From the human T2T-CHM13v2.0 reference genome, Homo sapiens: 64,000 bases of DNA. Both the position numbers and the translations under genes were made by a program. Location of the stretch: assembly GCF_009914755.1 (NCBI RefSeq), contig NC_060936.1, one strand, 5' to 3'. Below, one piece after another: positions 44,351 to 62,401 of this stretch. The notes beneath the pieces were generated by a model that saw nothing but the letters and a program-made list of their open reading frames with translations, ran no database searches and was not told where the DNA came from. Each line of letters opens with the position of its first letter. Position 1 is the stretch's first letter.

Positions 44351-45688
44351 ACTTACTGTTATTTATAACACAAGTTATATAATGGCAATAATGGTTTTCA
44401 ATCTCACAGTCCTTTTATTCTGTTTCCCTAGACTCTAGATTACTGGTCTCCAGACTTTTTGAGTCATGAGCTCTCCTTTCTGTGGATCTGCTCACATAAG
44501 TGCTGAGGAAACACATAATGTCAAATAACTGCTGAGTCTGTCAGTTCTTCCCGGTTTTATATGACAGAAAACCAACTCAATTCAGCTTAACCAAAATGGG
44601 CTACATAACTGGGAAGCCCAGCTGTAGAACTGGCAGCCATGAGTAGTTCCAGAGCCTCACCAGGAAGCAGAGCCCCATGTCAGTCTCTCTCTTTGGTTTT
44701 TAATCCATTGTCTTCATTCCTTCCTACTGCAGTCAAGCCTTCTCCTGCTGGTGACCATGATGTCCTCTGGCAAACTGTGATTTTCACCTTTACAGCTACC
44801 CTAGGGAGTCACACTTACAAGCACTCCTCTTACAGAGAGTCTATGAGTATCTCAAGCTGAGGCCTCTCTCAGGGAAGTCCCTGCCCTCCTGCATAACTCT
44901 CTGTCCTTGGAAATTGGGGCAGCCTTGGTCTCTTCTGTTTATTGGGAATTTCAGCATCACCAGGGCCATGAGAGCAACTCGATTGTCCCCTTCACCATTT
45001 TGTTTTTCAGGTGAGCCTGGGTGCCATGATATGTATAAGACTCTTGGTGGCCAGTTTTGGTAATCCAGGATTCCCAAGAAAGGCCTGTATATTAGGCCCA
45101 TGACCCAACTACACAGCACTGATACTACACCTGCCTAATGACTGATTGCATTTTGAAGAGGCTTTCATGTGACAGCACTAGACAGGAGAGAAGTGTAGGA
45201 AAGTAGCAAACTACTAGGCATTGGGCATTCTTTGCCAATTCAAATTTTAGTGTCAGAAACATCATATGTCATTTCTGCCCATTTCTTCTCTCTCCTTATA
45301 TCTTATACCTGCCATCCTGCCTTTTCTTTTTCCAGGTAAGCAGACAGTGGACCTCTAATGAACACATTTTTCAAAGATCTAGCCTAACCTCTGAACATCT
45401 TTAGTCACTGAGTTAAGCAATACAAACAATTAAATTAAATGTGCTAGGTTTCTAAAACTGTGTAGAGACTTGTAGTGTCCTTAAATAGTCTCAGTTGTTT
45501 ATATAAAAAGCAGTTATTAACAGGCAAGGATTAGGACATAAGTATCTAGTCACACAGTTCTTAGTTCTCAAAAACATTCAGAGAAGTTAACCAACAGGCC
45601 GCAACTGTGCTTCTAATTCTAAAGAGCTGCTTGGGTAGGGTGTCTCCCTGTCTCCATGTTAGGTTTTCCTGTTCTCTTTTCTTATCAG

Positions 45689-45795
45689 GGTCTTCCTTGA
45701 CACAGTCTGTTCTCAAGGCCTGAGCAGCTCCCTCAGCCACTGAGCATGGGGGCCCTGGCAAAGGAGAGGGTGTGGATTTGCCAGGAAGGATAAAG
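45689..45795 (+). other. Candidate non-coding exon (107 nt)
   Basis: ttttcctgttctcttttcttatcag| acceptor and AAG|GTGAGT donor; stop codons in all three frames. Confidence 0.4.
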
Positions 45796-46330
45796 GTGAG
45801 TTCTTCAGAGTAGGGCCACGCACTGAGAAACCAGGAAGAGCCCAATAAGCTTGTCACCTCTCCAGTTTCCTTAATGGGACTTTGAGTACTAAGGGGAGAG
45901 ATAGTGAATGAGAGAGCAGAGGTGGCTGCAAGGCAGCAGCCCCTGATCCTTGAGGGGCTGGAAGACTTGGACGGCAGAGGCAGTGAGTTCTGCTTCAGGA
46001 TCCCAGCCAAAGGAATTAGGAACTGGGTGGCCAGGACAGCTGTTTCTGAGCTCTGAAAAGTTAAGCCTGGCCAAGGATTCATGGTGTGCTGCCCTGGAAA
46101 CTAGTCAAAGGCTCTCATCAAGAGCCTCTGGGAAGCTGTTTGTATAAATTGCTCTAGGTCATGCATTGGTCTTCCACATCTGCTGCCCCAGTGACTTCCC
46201 AGTGCTAATTTCTGGTGAAGGAGGAAAAGACTGCCTGTGCCCACAACGTCATCCTTCAGAAGGTGGGCAGGTGGGAGCAAGCGGTGTGGGAAGAGGGCCA
46301 AGGGGTCTAGGGCCCTGCGTTCTACCTTAC

Positions 46331-46371
46331 CTCTGCCTCGCAGCCTGTGCAGCGTGTGTCGCCAAGTGGCT
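46331..46371 (-). other. Candidate minus-strand exon (41 nt)
   Basis: On the minus strand, a ~60-nt pyrimidine tract (46374-46436) + CACAG| acceptor and GAG|GTAAGG donor. Confidence 0.35.
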
Positions 46372-47479
46372 CTGTGGCAGAGGAGAGAGGAGGAGGGAGG
46401 AGGAGGCAGGAGGAGGCAGCAGGAGGCAGGAAGAGGCCCAGCTCTTCACTCTTCACTTCTCAGGGAGGTCATGAAGGTGCCCAAGGAAAGTCATATTTTA
46501 TTTCTGACAAAAATTTGGTTGAGGGCCAGGAAAGTAATTCATTTTATTTTTGGTGGGATCTTTTAGGAAGGGACAAATACAAAATGTTCTCATTCATCTG
46601 CTTTAAAATTTAAAGCAGGGACTATTTAAGCAAAATGTTGAGTAAAACCAATAATCAATGAAAAACACATATAGCGGTTCCTCATCTGTTAAACTTTGGA
46701 CAGGGATGACATGCCCCCAAAACAAATTTAAATGTCCCATAACCTTTTTCTTTTTACACTTAAAAACATTATGTATTTTACTGACTTTTCAACCAGATTA
46801 TATGGCTTACAATCTAATCTTCTTTTGGCGAATCAGCATTGTACTTATACATCAATTACAGTAAATATCTTCAGATTCCTTTGCTTTTTCTAATTTTCTT
46901 TCTGTCATCTCTGCTAGGCTTTCTCTTATTGCTACCATAAGTGTTGTCCTCTAGAAGCAGATTACATTCCTTCCTTTTTTGTTCTAATTGTTTGTTCATA
47001 TTATAGGCAAGAAAATAGATGAGCTTATTAGAATTCTGGAAGAAAGTGTGAGCGGGATGGCTACCGGAGCCCACAGACCCTGACTTTTAGGTAAAGGCAC
47101 AGAGACACACATCAGCACATATGGACATTTTTTTCTATAAAAGGAGTTTAGATTAATGCATTAAATATTTTTGAAACTCCCTCTATATGCCAGGCACTTG
47201 GCTAGGCACTGGCTGTCAAATAGAAATAATTCCCAGTATCTTTCCTTGAAACATAGACAGTTCATGGGGCATGATGCTTTGTAATAATCAGACGCCTCAT
47301 CATGGTTCTTGAAAGATATTTTAATGTGATAAATAACTGCCAAGGAAGTGCTACTGACTACTAAAGAGGGGCCTTAGACAGATCTGAACATTAGGAGGGC
47401 CTCAAGGAAGAGTCCTCCCTCAGATGGAGTCCCAAGAGATTACATTTATACCTAAATCTCAGAGTAAATTGAGATTTGT

Positions 47480-48175
<696 letters not shown>

Positions 48176-51110
48176 ATATGTATTAGTTTCCTAATAAACA
48201 GAAAACTAAGAGGAAAAAGTCCTCAAGCCTTTCTATTGAAATATAAGGTGGTTCTCCTTCTAATACCAGGGACCTGGAACCTGTCCATACATTTTACTCA
48301 GCTGACCTATTGCTATAATGTGGGAAGCATTGTTATTTACACGTGTCTGCTTTGCTGTGGGCTTATTTATGCCTAGACCCCCCTCTTCTCTCCCATTAGA
48401 TGTAAACCCTTCAAAAGCAGGAAGCAGAACCATTGTACACACACTGAACTGGCTGGTTTAAGATTCCCTTTGTGCCCCCAGAATTAGCCGTGTCTTGCTT
48501 GTAATTGGAATTTGGTAAAGATTTTTTGGGTGAGTGAGTTCAAGCTGACTTCCCTTGAGCTCCACTACTGTAAGCTCCAGGATAAGTGCTGCCCTCAGGG
48601 AGCTCACATGCTGGAGACAAGACAGACACAGACACCTACCTGACTGGACAAAAGGATGACCTAGTGTGGCAGGTGCAAAGCCCAGGTGATTAATTCTGAC
48701 CACAATGGCTGGGGGAGTGGGGGCATACTGTGATTAAATTTCCCACATATTGGTGATCTTCTTTGCAGTAAGAGATTGCTTGCCCCAAAGACTTGGTTAA
48801 AATATGAATCTCTTGACACTTCAAATAGATCACCTAAGACAGAACACTGGAATCCAACAAGAAGTTTACAGGAAACCCTTAAGGCAAGGAGGGAGAGGAA
48901 AGTGAGGCAGCCTGCTAGGCTAGAATTGGCTGGGAGCCTAGAGAGGTCCCCTCATGTGGATAAAGGGTAGTGAGAGACACCCCCCTGCCCCCGAGAAGTC
49001 CACCTTTCCACTGCTCCTACAATCCTAGCCACAGGAGAGGCCCTCAACCCTTGTGGGCCCTGAGATGAATATAGGGAACTTCCCAGAGTCTGTGTGACTG
49101 CATTGCTTCAGAGAGGGAGATCACGGTGGGTCTCACACACCCCATGAGTCCTATGAAGCTACAGAATGGCACAATTTTGGGACCCTAGTCCCCACCAGAC
49201 TGCATACTGCCCTTGGGCCCAATAGCCTCTGCATCATCCCTGGAGCCCCATTGACAATCTCTTCCTGGAGCTGCTGCCACTGCTAGCTGCTGCCAGGGCT
49301 GAAGCAGGAACCATTAGTAGCAACCCTGCTGCTCCCAGCAATGAGAGGCTGTGCATTTTCATGTGCCTTTAGGACAGACTCCTCCACCTGCAGCCAATGT
49401 GACTGCTGGCTGTTGCTGCTGGGGCAGAAACATGAACGACTGGCAAGCAATCCTGCTACCCCCAGCAGTGAGGCCACCATTCATTTACAAGTACCCCCAA
49501 AACAGGCTCCCTTCTTGGCAGCCACCACCTGGGGATGAGGTGCACACTCCCCAGCTGTCTGCCTGTGGCTGCTGCTACTGAAACCAATCCTGCCCTCCCG
49601 AGCAGGAGAACCACAGCACAGCTGCTGCTACTCCCATCTGAGCATTACACTGGGGGTCAGGGGATTATCCTGCCCTGCCTCCCACAGGAAACACCCACAA
49701 GCACCATGGAGGCCCTGAAGACAGGTTTGCCTGGCCTGGTTCTGTGTGCCCTAGCAGGCCCAAGCATGCCATCCAAGGGCCTGAGGATTGCCCTACCCCA
49801 TCCACCACCATAGGCACTTAAGCCCTTCTCCCAGAAGTCTGAGGATGGCCCACTCAACCTGCTGCTACCATCACAGCTGGAACCCAACTGCTCACACCAT
49901 CTGTGGGCCTGGGGACTGGCCCAGTCAACTTGTCACAGCCACCATCAACACCAGTGTGAACCATTTAGGAGCCAGAAGTTGTCCTACCACTGCTATTGCC
50001 ATCACCCATGCCACACCCACTGCCCCAAAACCCAAGGGCACACCCACCCTCCTGCTTACTGCTGACACTGCTGGCACACAAGAAAGCCACCTGGAGGCCA
50101 AAGAATCAGGCCATCTGGACATGATAACACAGGTTCCAACATATACCACCCTGGGGCCCAATGATGAGCATTTGGCCGGTCACTGTCTGCCACTGGGGCC
50201 TGAGGACTGGCCTACCTGGCATCCCTATCCCCAGCAAAACTTCACTACAGTCTTCACTAACAACTGCATCCCAATCCATTGAGAAAAGCCACAGGCATTA
50301 TCAATACTATCTACTGAAGAAATCATATGGATACTACACTATCATGCACACCCAGAATAAAAGCAAAAGTGCCCTATTCCACCAACACCATAGAAACATC
50401 TTCAGGAATAAGTCCTCCTTCATGAAAACAAATCCAAAAAATTGGAAGAAGGAACTGTCAAACTAGACATGCAGATATCAATGTAAAGACACAAGAAACA
50501 TGACAAAGCAAGGAAATATGACACTCCAAAGGAACACAATAATTTTCCAGTAAAATAATTCAATGAAAAAGAAGTTTATGAATTCCCAGAAAAAGAATTC
50601 AAAATAATAATATTAAAGAAGCTCAGTGAGATACCAAAGAACACACTAAACAATACAAGTAAATCAAAGAAACAGTTCAGAATATGAATGAGAAATTTAT
50701 CAAAGAGATAGGTATCATAAAAAGAACTAAACAGAAATCCTGAAACTCAAAAATTCATTGAATGAAATACAAAAAATCTAAAAGCTTCAATAATAGACTA
50801 GATGAAGCAGAAGAAACAATTTAGAACTTGAAGATAGGTCTTTTGAAATAACCCATTAGACAAAAAATTTTAAAAGGAATAAAAAAGCATGAAGAAAGCC
50901 TGTGTGACATATGGAACACCATAAAGCAACCAAATATTCAAATATTCAGTGTCCAGGAAGGCAAGGGGAAAGTGAATGGAATAGAAAAACTATTTAACAA
51001 AATAATAGCTGAAAACTTCCCCACTCTTGCAAGAGGTTTAGACATCCAGATACTGGAAGTGCAAAGGTTCCTAAATACACACAATTCGAGAAGGTCTTCT
51101 CTGTGGCATC

Positions 51111-51519
51111 TGCTGTAGTTTTGTTTGTTTGACTCCTCCAAATTTTATGTTGAAATTTGATCCCTAATGTTGGAGGTAAGCCTTTGGGAGGTGTTTGAGT
51201 CATAAGGCTGGATTCCTCATAAATGGCTTGGTGCCATCCTCATGATAAAAATTGAGTTCTCATTTTATTACTTCCTATGAGAGCTGATTGTTTAAAAGTC
51301 TGTCACCTCCCCGCCTCTTTTTCCTGCTTCTTCTCTCATCAACTGTTCTCTGCACATGCCAACTTTAGTGGAAGTTGTCTGAAACCATCATCAGAAGCAG
51401 GTGCTGGAACCATGTTTTTGGTTCAGCCTGCAGAACTGTGAGCCAAATAAACATCTTTTCTTTATAAATTACTAAGCCTCAGGTATTCCTTTGTAGCAAT
51501 ACACCAATGGACATAGACA
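51111..51519 (+). mobile_element. MST-type MaLR solo LTR inside the old L1 ORF1
   Basis: tgttgaaatttgatccctaatgttggagg...cagcctgcagaactgtgagccaaataaac...ctcaggtattcctttgtagcaa. Confidence 0.85.
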
Positions 51520-51576
51520 GTACACAATAATCAAACTGTCAAAAGTCAAAGACAGGGTATTCTAAGAATAGCAAGA

Positions 51577-51875
51577 GGCCAGGCATGGTTGCTCACACCT
51601 GTAATCCCACAGTTTGGGAGGCCAAGCTGGGTGGATCACTTGAGGTCAGGAGTTCAAGACCAGCCTGGCCAACATGGTGAAACCCTGTCTCTACTAAAAA
51701 TATAAAAATTAACCAGGCACAGTGGCACATGCCTGTAATCCCAGCTACTTGGAAGGCTGAGGCAGGAGAATTGCTTGAACCTGGGAGGTTAAGGTTGTAG
51801 TGAGCCAAGATCATGCGGCTGTACTTCAGCCCGGGTGAAAGAGTGAGACTCTGTCTCAAAAAATAAAAAATAAAA
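51577..51875 (+). mobile_element. AluSx-like inside the old L1
   Basis: Dimeric Alu; TSD aatagcaagag. Confidence 0.92.
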
Positions 51876-53236
51876 ATAGCAAGAGAAATACAAGAGAATC
51901 TCCATCAGACTAGCAACAGATTTCTCAGCAGAAACCTTATAAGCCAAAAGAGAATGGGAAAAGATATTCAAAGTGCTGAAAGAAGAAAAACGGTCAGGCA
52001 AGAATACCATACTCAACAAAGTTATTTTTCACAAATGAAGGAGAGATAAAGGCTTTCCCAGACAAGCAAAAGCTGAGGGAATTTATCACCACTAGACTAG
52101 CTCAACAAAGAATTCTTATCAGAGTCCTGCATTTTGAAGTGAAAGGATGATACATGTCATCATGAAAACACACGAAAATATAAAGCCCACTGAGTAGAAC
52201 ACACATACAAATAAGAAGAGAAAGGACTTAAATGTTACCAACTAAGAAAAACAATGATAAACAATGAGAGAGAAGAAAATAAACAAAGGCTATACAAAAA
52301 AACCTAGAAATCAATTAATAAAATGACAGGAATAAGTCCTCACATATCAATAATAATCTTGAATATCAACAAATTAGGCTTTCCAATTAAAAGATATAGA
52401 CTGGTTGAATGGATAGAAAACATGGCCCAACTATATGCTGCCTACAAGAAACTCATGTCACCTTAAAAGACTTATAGGCTAAAAATAAAGGGATGGAAAA
52501 AGATATTCCATGCAAACAGAAACCAAAAGTGAGTAGAAGTAGTTATACTTACATCAGATAAGACTAACTTTAAGTTAAAAGCCACAAAAAAAGAAAAAGA
52601 AGGTCATTTTATAATGATAAAAACATCAGTTCAGCATGAGGATATAGCAATTCTAAACATATATGCCCCAAACACCAGAGCATGCAGAGTCATAAAGCAA
52701 ATATTACTATGTCTGAAAAGAGAGATAGACTTCAATATAATAATAGTTGGAGACTTCAACACCCCACTCTCAGCAATAGTTACATCATCTAGGCAGAAAA
52801 TGAACAAGGAAACATTGGATTTAAGCTACACTTTAGACCAAGTGCATCTAACAGACATTTGCACAACATTTCATTTAACAGCTACAGAATACACATTCTT
52901 CTCATCATTACATGGAACATTCTTGCAGATAAACCATATGTTAGCTCAAAACAAGTCTCAAAAAATTTTTAAAAATGAAAATCATATCAAGTATCTTTTC
53001 AGATCACAATAGAATGAAACTAATAATCAATAACAAGAGGAACATTGGAAATTGTATAAATACATAAAGGTTAATCAGCATGCTCCTGAGTGAAGGAAGA
53101 AATTAAGGAGGAAATCAAAAAATTTTTTTAAAACAAATGAAAATGGAAACACGACATACCAAAACCTGTGGGATACAACAAAAACAGTGCTAAGAGGGGA
53201 GCATAGCACTAAATGCCTACATTTAAAAAGTGGAAA

Positions 53237-54914
53237 GGCAGAGCAAGATGGTTGAATAGAAGCCTCTATTGATGGTCCCCCAATAGGAACACACCAAATT
53301 TAACAACAATGTACATAAAAAAAGCACCTTCATGAGAACAAAAAATCAGATGAGCTATCACAGTACCTGGTTTTAGCTTCATATTGCTGAAAGAGGCACT
53401 GAAGAGGGTAAGAAAGATGGTCTTGAGTCATTGACACCACACCTCCCTCATTTCCCAGCAGCAGTTACTTGGTGTGGAGAGACAATCTGTGCACTTGGGG
53501 GAGGGACAGCACAGCAACTGTAGGACTTTGCATTGAACTCAATGTGGCCCTATCACAGCAGAAAGAACACTTGGCTGAACTCAGCCAATGCCTGACCACA
53601 GAGGGAGCATTTAGAGCAGCCCTAGCCAGAGGGGGATTGTCCATCCTAGCAGTCAGAGATTGAGTTTTGGCAAGCCTCACCACCATAAGCTAGAGTCCTC
53701 TGGGGTCCTAAATAAATGTGAAAGGTAGTCTAGTACACAAGAACTGCAATTCTTAGGCAAGTCTAGTGCTGTGCTGGGGTTGGAGCTAGTGGAGTTGAGG
53801 GGCAAGTGATCTAGTGAGACACCAGCTGGGACAGCAAAGGGAGTGCTTGTGCCACCCCTCCCTCAGCCTCAGGCAGTACAGTGTCTTCTGCTTGAGGAAA
53901 GAATGAAGAGTAAAAAGGACTTTCTCTTGCATCTTGGATACCAGCTCAACCACAGCAAGATAGGGCACCAGGCAGTCATGAGGCCCCCTTTCCAGGTCCT
54001 AACTCTCAGACAACATTTCTGGACACATCCTGGGCTAGAAGGGAATCTATTGCCTTGAAGGGAAGGATTTAGTCCTGGCAGGATTCAGCACCTTCTAACT
54101 GAAGAGCCCTTGGGCTCAGAATAACCAGCAGTGATACCATGGGCCTTGGGTGAGACTCTGACATGTGCTGGTTTCGTATGAGATCCAACATAGTCCCAGC
54201 TGTGGTGGTTATGGGGATATAATCCTTCTGCTTGAGAAAAGCAGAGGGGAAAGTAAAGGGGACTTTGTCTTGCACCTGCCACAGTGGGATAGAGCAACAA
54301 GTGGGCTCTTGGGGTCCCTGATTCCAAGACTTGGCTCTTGAATGGCATTTTTGGAACTGTCCTAGGCCAGAGGGGAGCCCACTGCCTTGAAGGATGAGTT
54401 TGACACCTGGCAGCATTCACAAGCTGACTGAAGAGCACTTGGGCCTTAAGTGAACATTGGCAGTAGCCTGGAAGTACTCACCATGGGCCTGTGGTGGTGG
54501 TAGCCATGGGGTGAGGCTCCCCTGCCTATGGAAAGGGGAGGAAAGAGTGGGAAGGACTTTGTCTCATGGTTTGAGTGCCAGCTTAACCACAGTAGAATAG
54601 AGCAAGAGTACCAGGTAGATTTCTAAGGTTTTTTATTGCAGTCCCTGGCTCCTGGATAGCATCTCTGGACCAACCTGGGGTCTGGGGGATCTTGCTGCTC
54701 TGAGGGGAATGATATAAGCCTGGCTGGCTTCACTACCTGCTGATTGTAGAGCACTTGGTCCTTGAGCAAACATTGGTGGTAGTGAGGTGGTGGTTACAGC
54801 AGGCCTTGGGCAAGACACAGTACTGTGCTAGCTCCAAGTCTCCCCCAGTGCAGTCCCAGTGGTGGTGGCCACAGGGGTGCTTGCATCACCATATCCTGTT
54901 TCAGGTGCCTCAGC

Positions 54915-54963
<49 letters not shown>

Positions 54964-56365
54964 CTCCATTTATTTTAGAGAAAGTAAGGCCCGAGAGCAA
55001 GAGTCTCTGCATGGTAATCCACAGAATTCTTCTGGATCAAATTTAAGATCACCAACGCATAATCTCTATGAGCCTGCAAGAACCACAGTGTTACTGGGTT
55101 TGGTGTGCCCCTAATGCAGATAAGGCTTAGATCACAATTCACAGGTCCCTTTGAATACCTGGAAAGCATTCTTAGCAAGTATAGGTATAAACAAGCCCAG
55201 ACAACAAAGACTACAATGAATACCTAATTTTTCAATGCCCAGACACCAAAGAAAGATAAGCATCAAGGCTATTCAAGAAAACATGGCCTTACCCAATGAA
55301 CTAAATAGGGCATGAGGACCCAATCCTGGAGAAGCATAGATATATGTGACTTTTCAGACAAAAAATTCAAAATAGCTGTTTTGAGAAAGCTCAAATAAAT
55401 TTAAGATAACACAGAGAAATAATTCAGAATTCTATCAGATAAATTTAACAAAAAGATTGAAAGAACTTTAAAGAATGAAAGGAAAAATTCTGGAGTTGAA
55501 AATGCAATTGACATAGTGAAGAATTCATCAGTCTCCTGACAGCATAATTGATCAAGCAGAAGAAAAAACAATGGTGAACTTGAAGATAGGCTATTTGAAA
55601 ATATACAGTCAGTGGAGACAAAATAAAGAAGGAAGGACACTTACATGATCTAGAAAAAAGCCTCAAATGGGCAAATCTAAGAGTTCTTGGCTTTAAAGAG
55701 GAGGTAGAGAAAGAGGTAAGTATAGAAAGTTCAAAGGGACAATAACAAAGAACGTCCCAAACTTAGAGAAAGATACCAATATTCAAGTACAAGAAGGTTC
55801 TAGAACACCAAGTAGATTTAACTCAAAGAAAACTACCTCCAAGACACTTAATAATAAAACTCCCAAAGGTCGAGGATAAATAAAGTTTCCTAAAAGCAGC
55901 AAGAGAAAAGAAACAAATAACACATTATGGAGCTCCAATACATCTCTCAGCAGACATTTCAGTGGAAACCTTACAGGCCAGGAGAGAATGGCATGACATT
56001 TTAAAGTGCTGAAAGAGAAAAACTTTCACCCTACAATAGCATATCTGGCAAAATATCTTTCAAACCTGAAAGAGAAATAAAACCCCAGACAAATAAAAGC
56101 TGGGAGATTTCATCAACACCAGACCTGTCCTATGAGAAATGCTAAAGGGAGTTGTTCAATCAGAAAGAGAAGGATGTTACTGAGCAATAAGAAATCACCT
56201 GAAGGTACAAAACTGACTAGTAATAGTAAGTACACAGAAAAACACAGAATATGATAACACTAAATTTGGTGCATAAGTTATTCTTAAGTAGAAAGACTAA
56301 AAGATGAGCCAATTAAAAAATGATAACTACAGCTTTTAAGACACAGCACAATAAGACAAAAAGAA
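53237..56365 (+). mobile_element. Second old L1 (L1MA/L1PB-type) 5'UTR + decayed ORF1; middle layer; contains (GA)n at 54917-54962
   Basis: New L1 5' start ggcagagcaagatggttgaatagaagcc after an A-rich target; long 5'UTR; decayed ORF1 at 55200-56200. Confidence 0.85.
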
Positions 56366-56587
56366 TGATGGCCGAATAGGAACAGCTCCAGTCTACAGCT
56401 CCCAGCGTGAGCGACGCAGAAGACGGGTGATTTCTGCATTTCCATCTGAGGTACCGGGTTCATCTCACTAGGGAGTGCCAGACAGTGGGCGCAGGCCAGT
56501 GGGTGCGAGCACCGGGTGCGAGCCGAAGCAGGGCGAGGCATTGCCTCACCTGGGAAGCGCAAGGGGCCAGGGAGTTCCCTTTCTGAG

Positions 56588-56803
56588 TCAAAGAAAGGGG
56601 TGACGGACGCACCTGGAAAATCGGGTCACTCCCACCCGAATATTGCACTTTTCAGACCAGCTTAAAAAACGGCGCACCACGAGACTATATCCCACACCTG
56701 GCTCGGAGGGTACTACGCCCACGGAATCTCGCTGATTGCTAGCACAGCAGTCTGAGATCAAACTGCAAAGCGGCAGCGAGGCTGGGGGAGGGGCGCCCAC
56801 CAT
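56588..56803 (-). CDS. ORF0: L1 ORF0, intact 71 aa (MVGAPPPASL...RCVRHPFL)
   Basis: 216-nt antisense ORF in the L1 5'UTR matching primate ORF0 in length and recalled sequence. Confidence 0.85.
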   Translation of the reverse strand: MVGAPPPASLPLCSLISDCCASNQRDSVGVVPSEPGVGYSLVVRRFLSWSEKCNIRVGVTRFSRCVRHPFL

Positions 56804-57258
56804 TGCCCAGGCTTGCTTAGGTAAACAAAGCAACCAGGAAGCTCGAACTGAGTGGAGCCCACCACAGCTCAAGGAGGCATGCCTGCCTGTGTAGGCTCCA
56901 TCTCTGGGGGCAGGGCACAGACAAACAAAAAGACAGCGGTAACCTCTGCAGACTTAAATGTCCCTGTCTGACAGCTTTGAAGAGAGCAGTGGTTCTCCCA
57001 GCACGCAGCTGGAGATCTGAGAACGGGCAGACTGCCTCCTCAAGTGGGTCCCTGACCCCTGACCCCCGAGCAGCCTAACTGGGAGGCACCCCCCAGCAGG
57101 GGCACACTGACACCTCACACGGCAGGGTATTCCAACAGACCTGCAGCTGAGGGTCCTGTCTGTTAGAAGGAAAACTAACAAACAGAAAGGACATCCACAC
57201 CGAAAACCCATCTGTACATCACCATCATCAAAGACCAAAAGTAGATAAAACCACAAAG

Positions 57259-58275
57259 ATGGGGAAAAAACAGAACAGAAAAACTGGAAACTCTAAAATG
57301 CAGAGCGCCTCTCCTCCTCCAAAGGAACGCAGTTCCTCACCAGCAACGGAACAAAGCTGGATGGAGAATGACTTTGACGAGCTGAGAGAAGAAGGCTTCA
57401 GATGATCAAATTACTCTGAGCTACGGGGGGACATTCAAACCAAAGGCAAAGAAGTTGAAAACTTTGAAAAAAATTTAGAAGAATGTATAACTAGAATAAC
57501 CAATACAGAGAAGTGCTTAAAGGAGCTGATGGAGCTGAAAACCAAGGCTCGAGAACTACGTGAAGAATGCAGAAGCCTCAGGAGCCAATGCGATCAACTG
57601 GAAGAAAGGGTATCAGCAATGGAAGATGAAATGAATGAAATGAAGCGAGAAGGGAAGGTTAGAGAAAAAAGAATAAAAAGAAATGAGCAAAGCCTCCAAG
57701 AAATATGGGACTATGTGAAAAGACCAAATCTACGTCTGATTGGTGTACCTGAAAGTGATGCGGAGAATGGAACCAAGTTGGAAAACACTCTACAGGATAT
57801 TATCCAGGAGAACTTCCCCAATCTAGCAAGGCAGGCCAACGTTCAGATTCAGGAAATACAGAGAACGCCACAAAGATACTCCTCGAGAAGAGCAACTCCA
57901 AGACACATAATTGTCAGATTCACCGAAGTTGAAATGAAGGAAAAAATGTAAAGGGCAGCCAGAGAGAAAGGTTGGGTTACCCTCAAAGGGAAGCCCATCA
58001 GACTAACAGTGGATCTCTCGGCAGAAACCCTACAAGCCAGAAGAGAGTGGGGACCAATATTCAACATTCTTAAAGAAAAGAATTTTCACTCCAGAATTTC
58101 ATATCCAGCCAAACTAAGCTTCATAAGTGAAGGAGAAATAAAATACTTTACAGACAAGCAAATGCTGAGAGATTTTGTCACCACCAGGCCTGCCCTAAAA
58201 GAGCTCCTGAAGGAAGCGCTAAACATGGAAAGGAACAACCGGTACCAGCCGCTGCAAAATCATGCCAAAATGTAA
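57259..58275 (+). pseudogene. L1 ORF1, in frame but with two nonsense codons
   Basis: 339 codons from ATG 57259; TGA at codon 49 (57403-57405, CpG decay) and TAA at codon 231 (57949-57951). Confidence 0.95.
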
Positions 58276-58323
58276 AGACCATCGAGACTAGGAAGAAACT
58301 GCATCAACTAACGAGCAAAATAA

Positions 58324-62161
<3,838 letters not shown>

Positions 62162-62401
62162 ACAGTGAGATCACATGGACACGTGGAGGGGAATATCACA
62201 CTCTGGGGACTGTGGTGGGGTGGGGGGAGCGGGGAGGGATAGCATTGGGAGATATACCTAAGGCTAGATGACGAGTTAGTGGGTGCAGCGCACCAGCATG
62301 GCACATGTATACATATGTAACTAACCTGCACAATGTGCACATGTACCCTAAAACTTAAAGTATAATAAAAAAGAAATAAAAATAAAATAAAATAAAATAA
62401 A

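Larger units (their letters stand above)
48810..53236 (+). mobile_element. Old L1 (L1M/L1PB-type) 5'UTR-ORF1-ORF2 endonuclease remnant; outer layer of the nest
   Basis: GC-rich 5' region to ~50450, decayed ORF1 (gaattcaaaataataatattaaagaagctcag...), decayed EN ([18 protein letters not shown] at 52614-53012); breaks off in ORF2 at 53236. Confidence 0.85.

Noticed and set aside
45561-46082. 173-aa minus-strand ORF
   Set aside because: Ser/Pro/Leu-rich, no recognisable domain or family; consistent with a chance ORF in GC-richer sequence.
49283-50466. Cluster of overlapping ORFs up to 164 aa
   Set aside because: Lies in the GC-rich 5'UTR of an old L1; overlapping frames on both strands with no domain signal.
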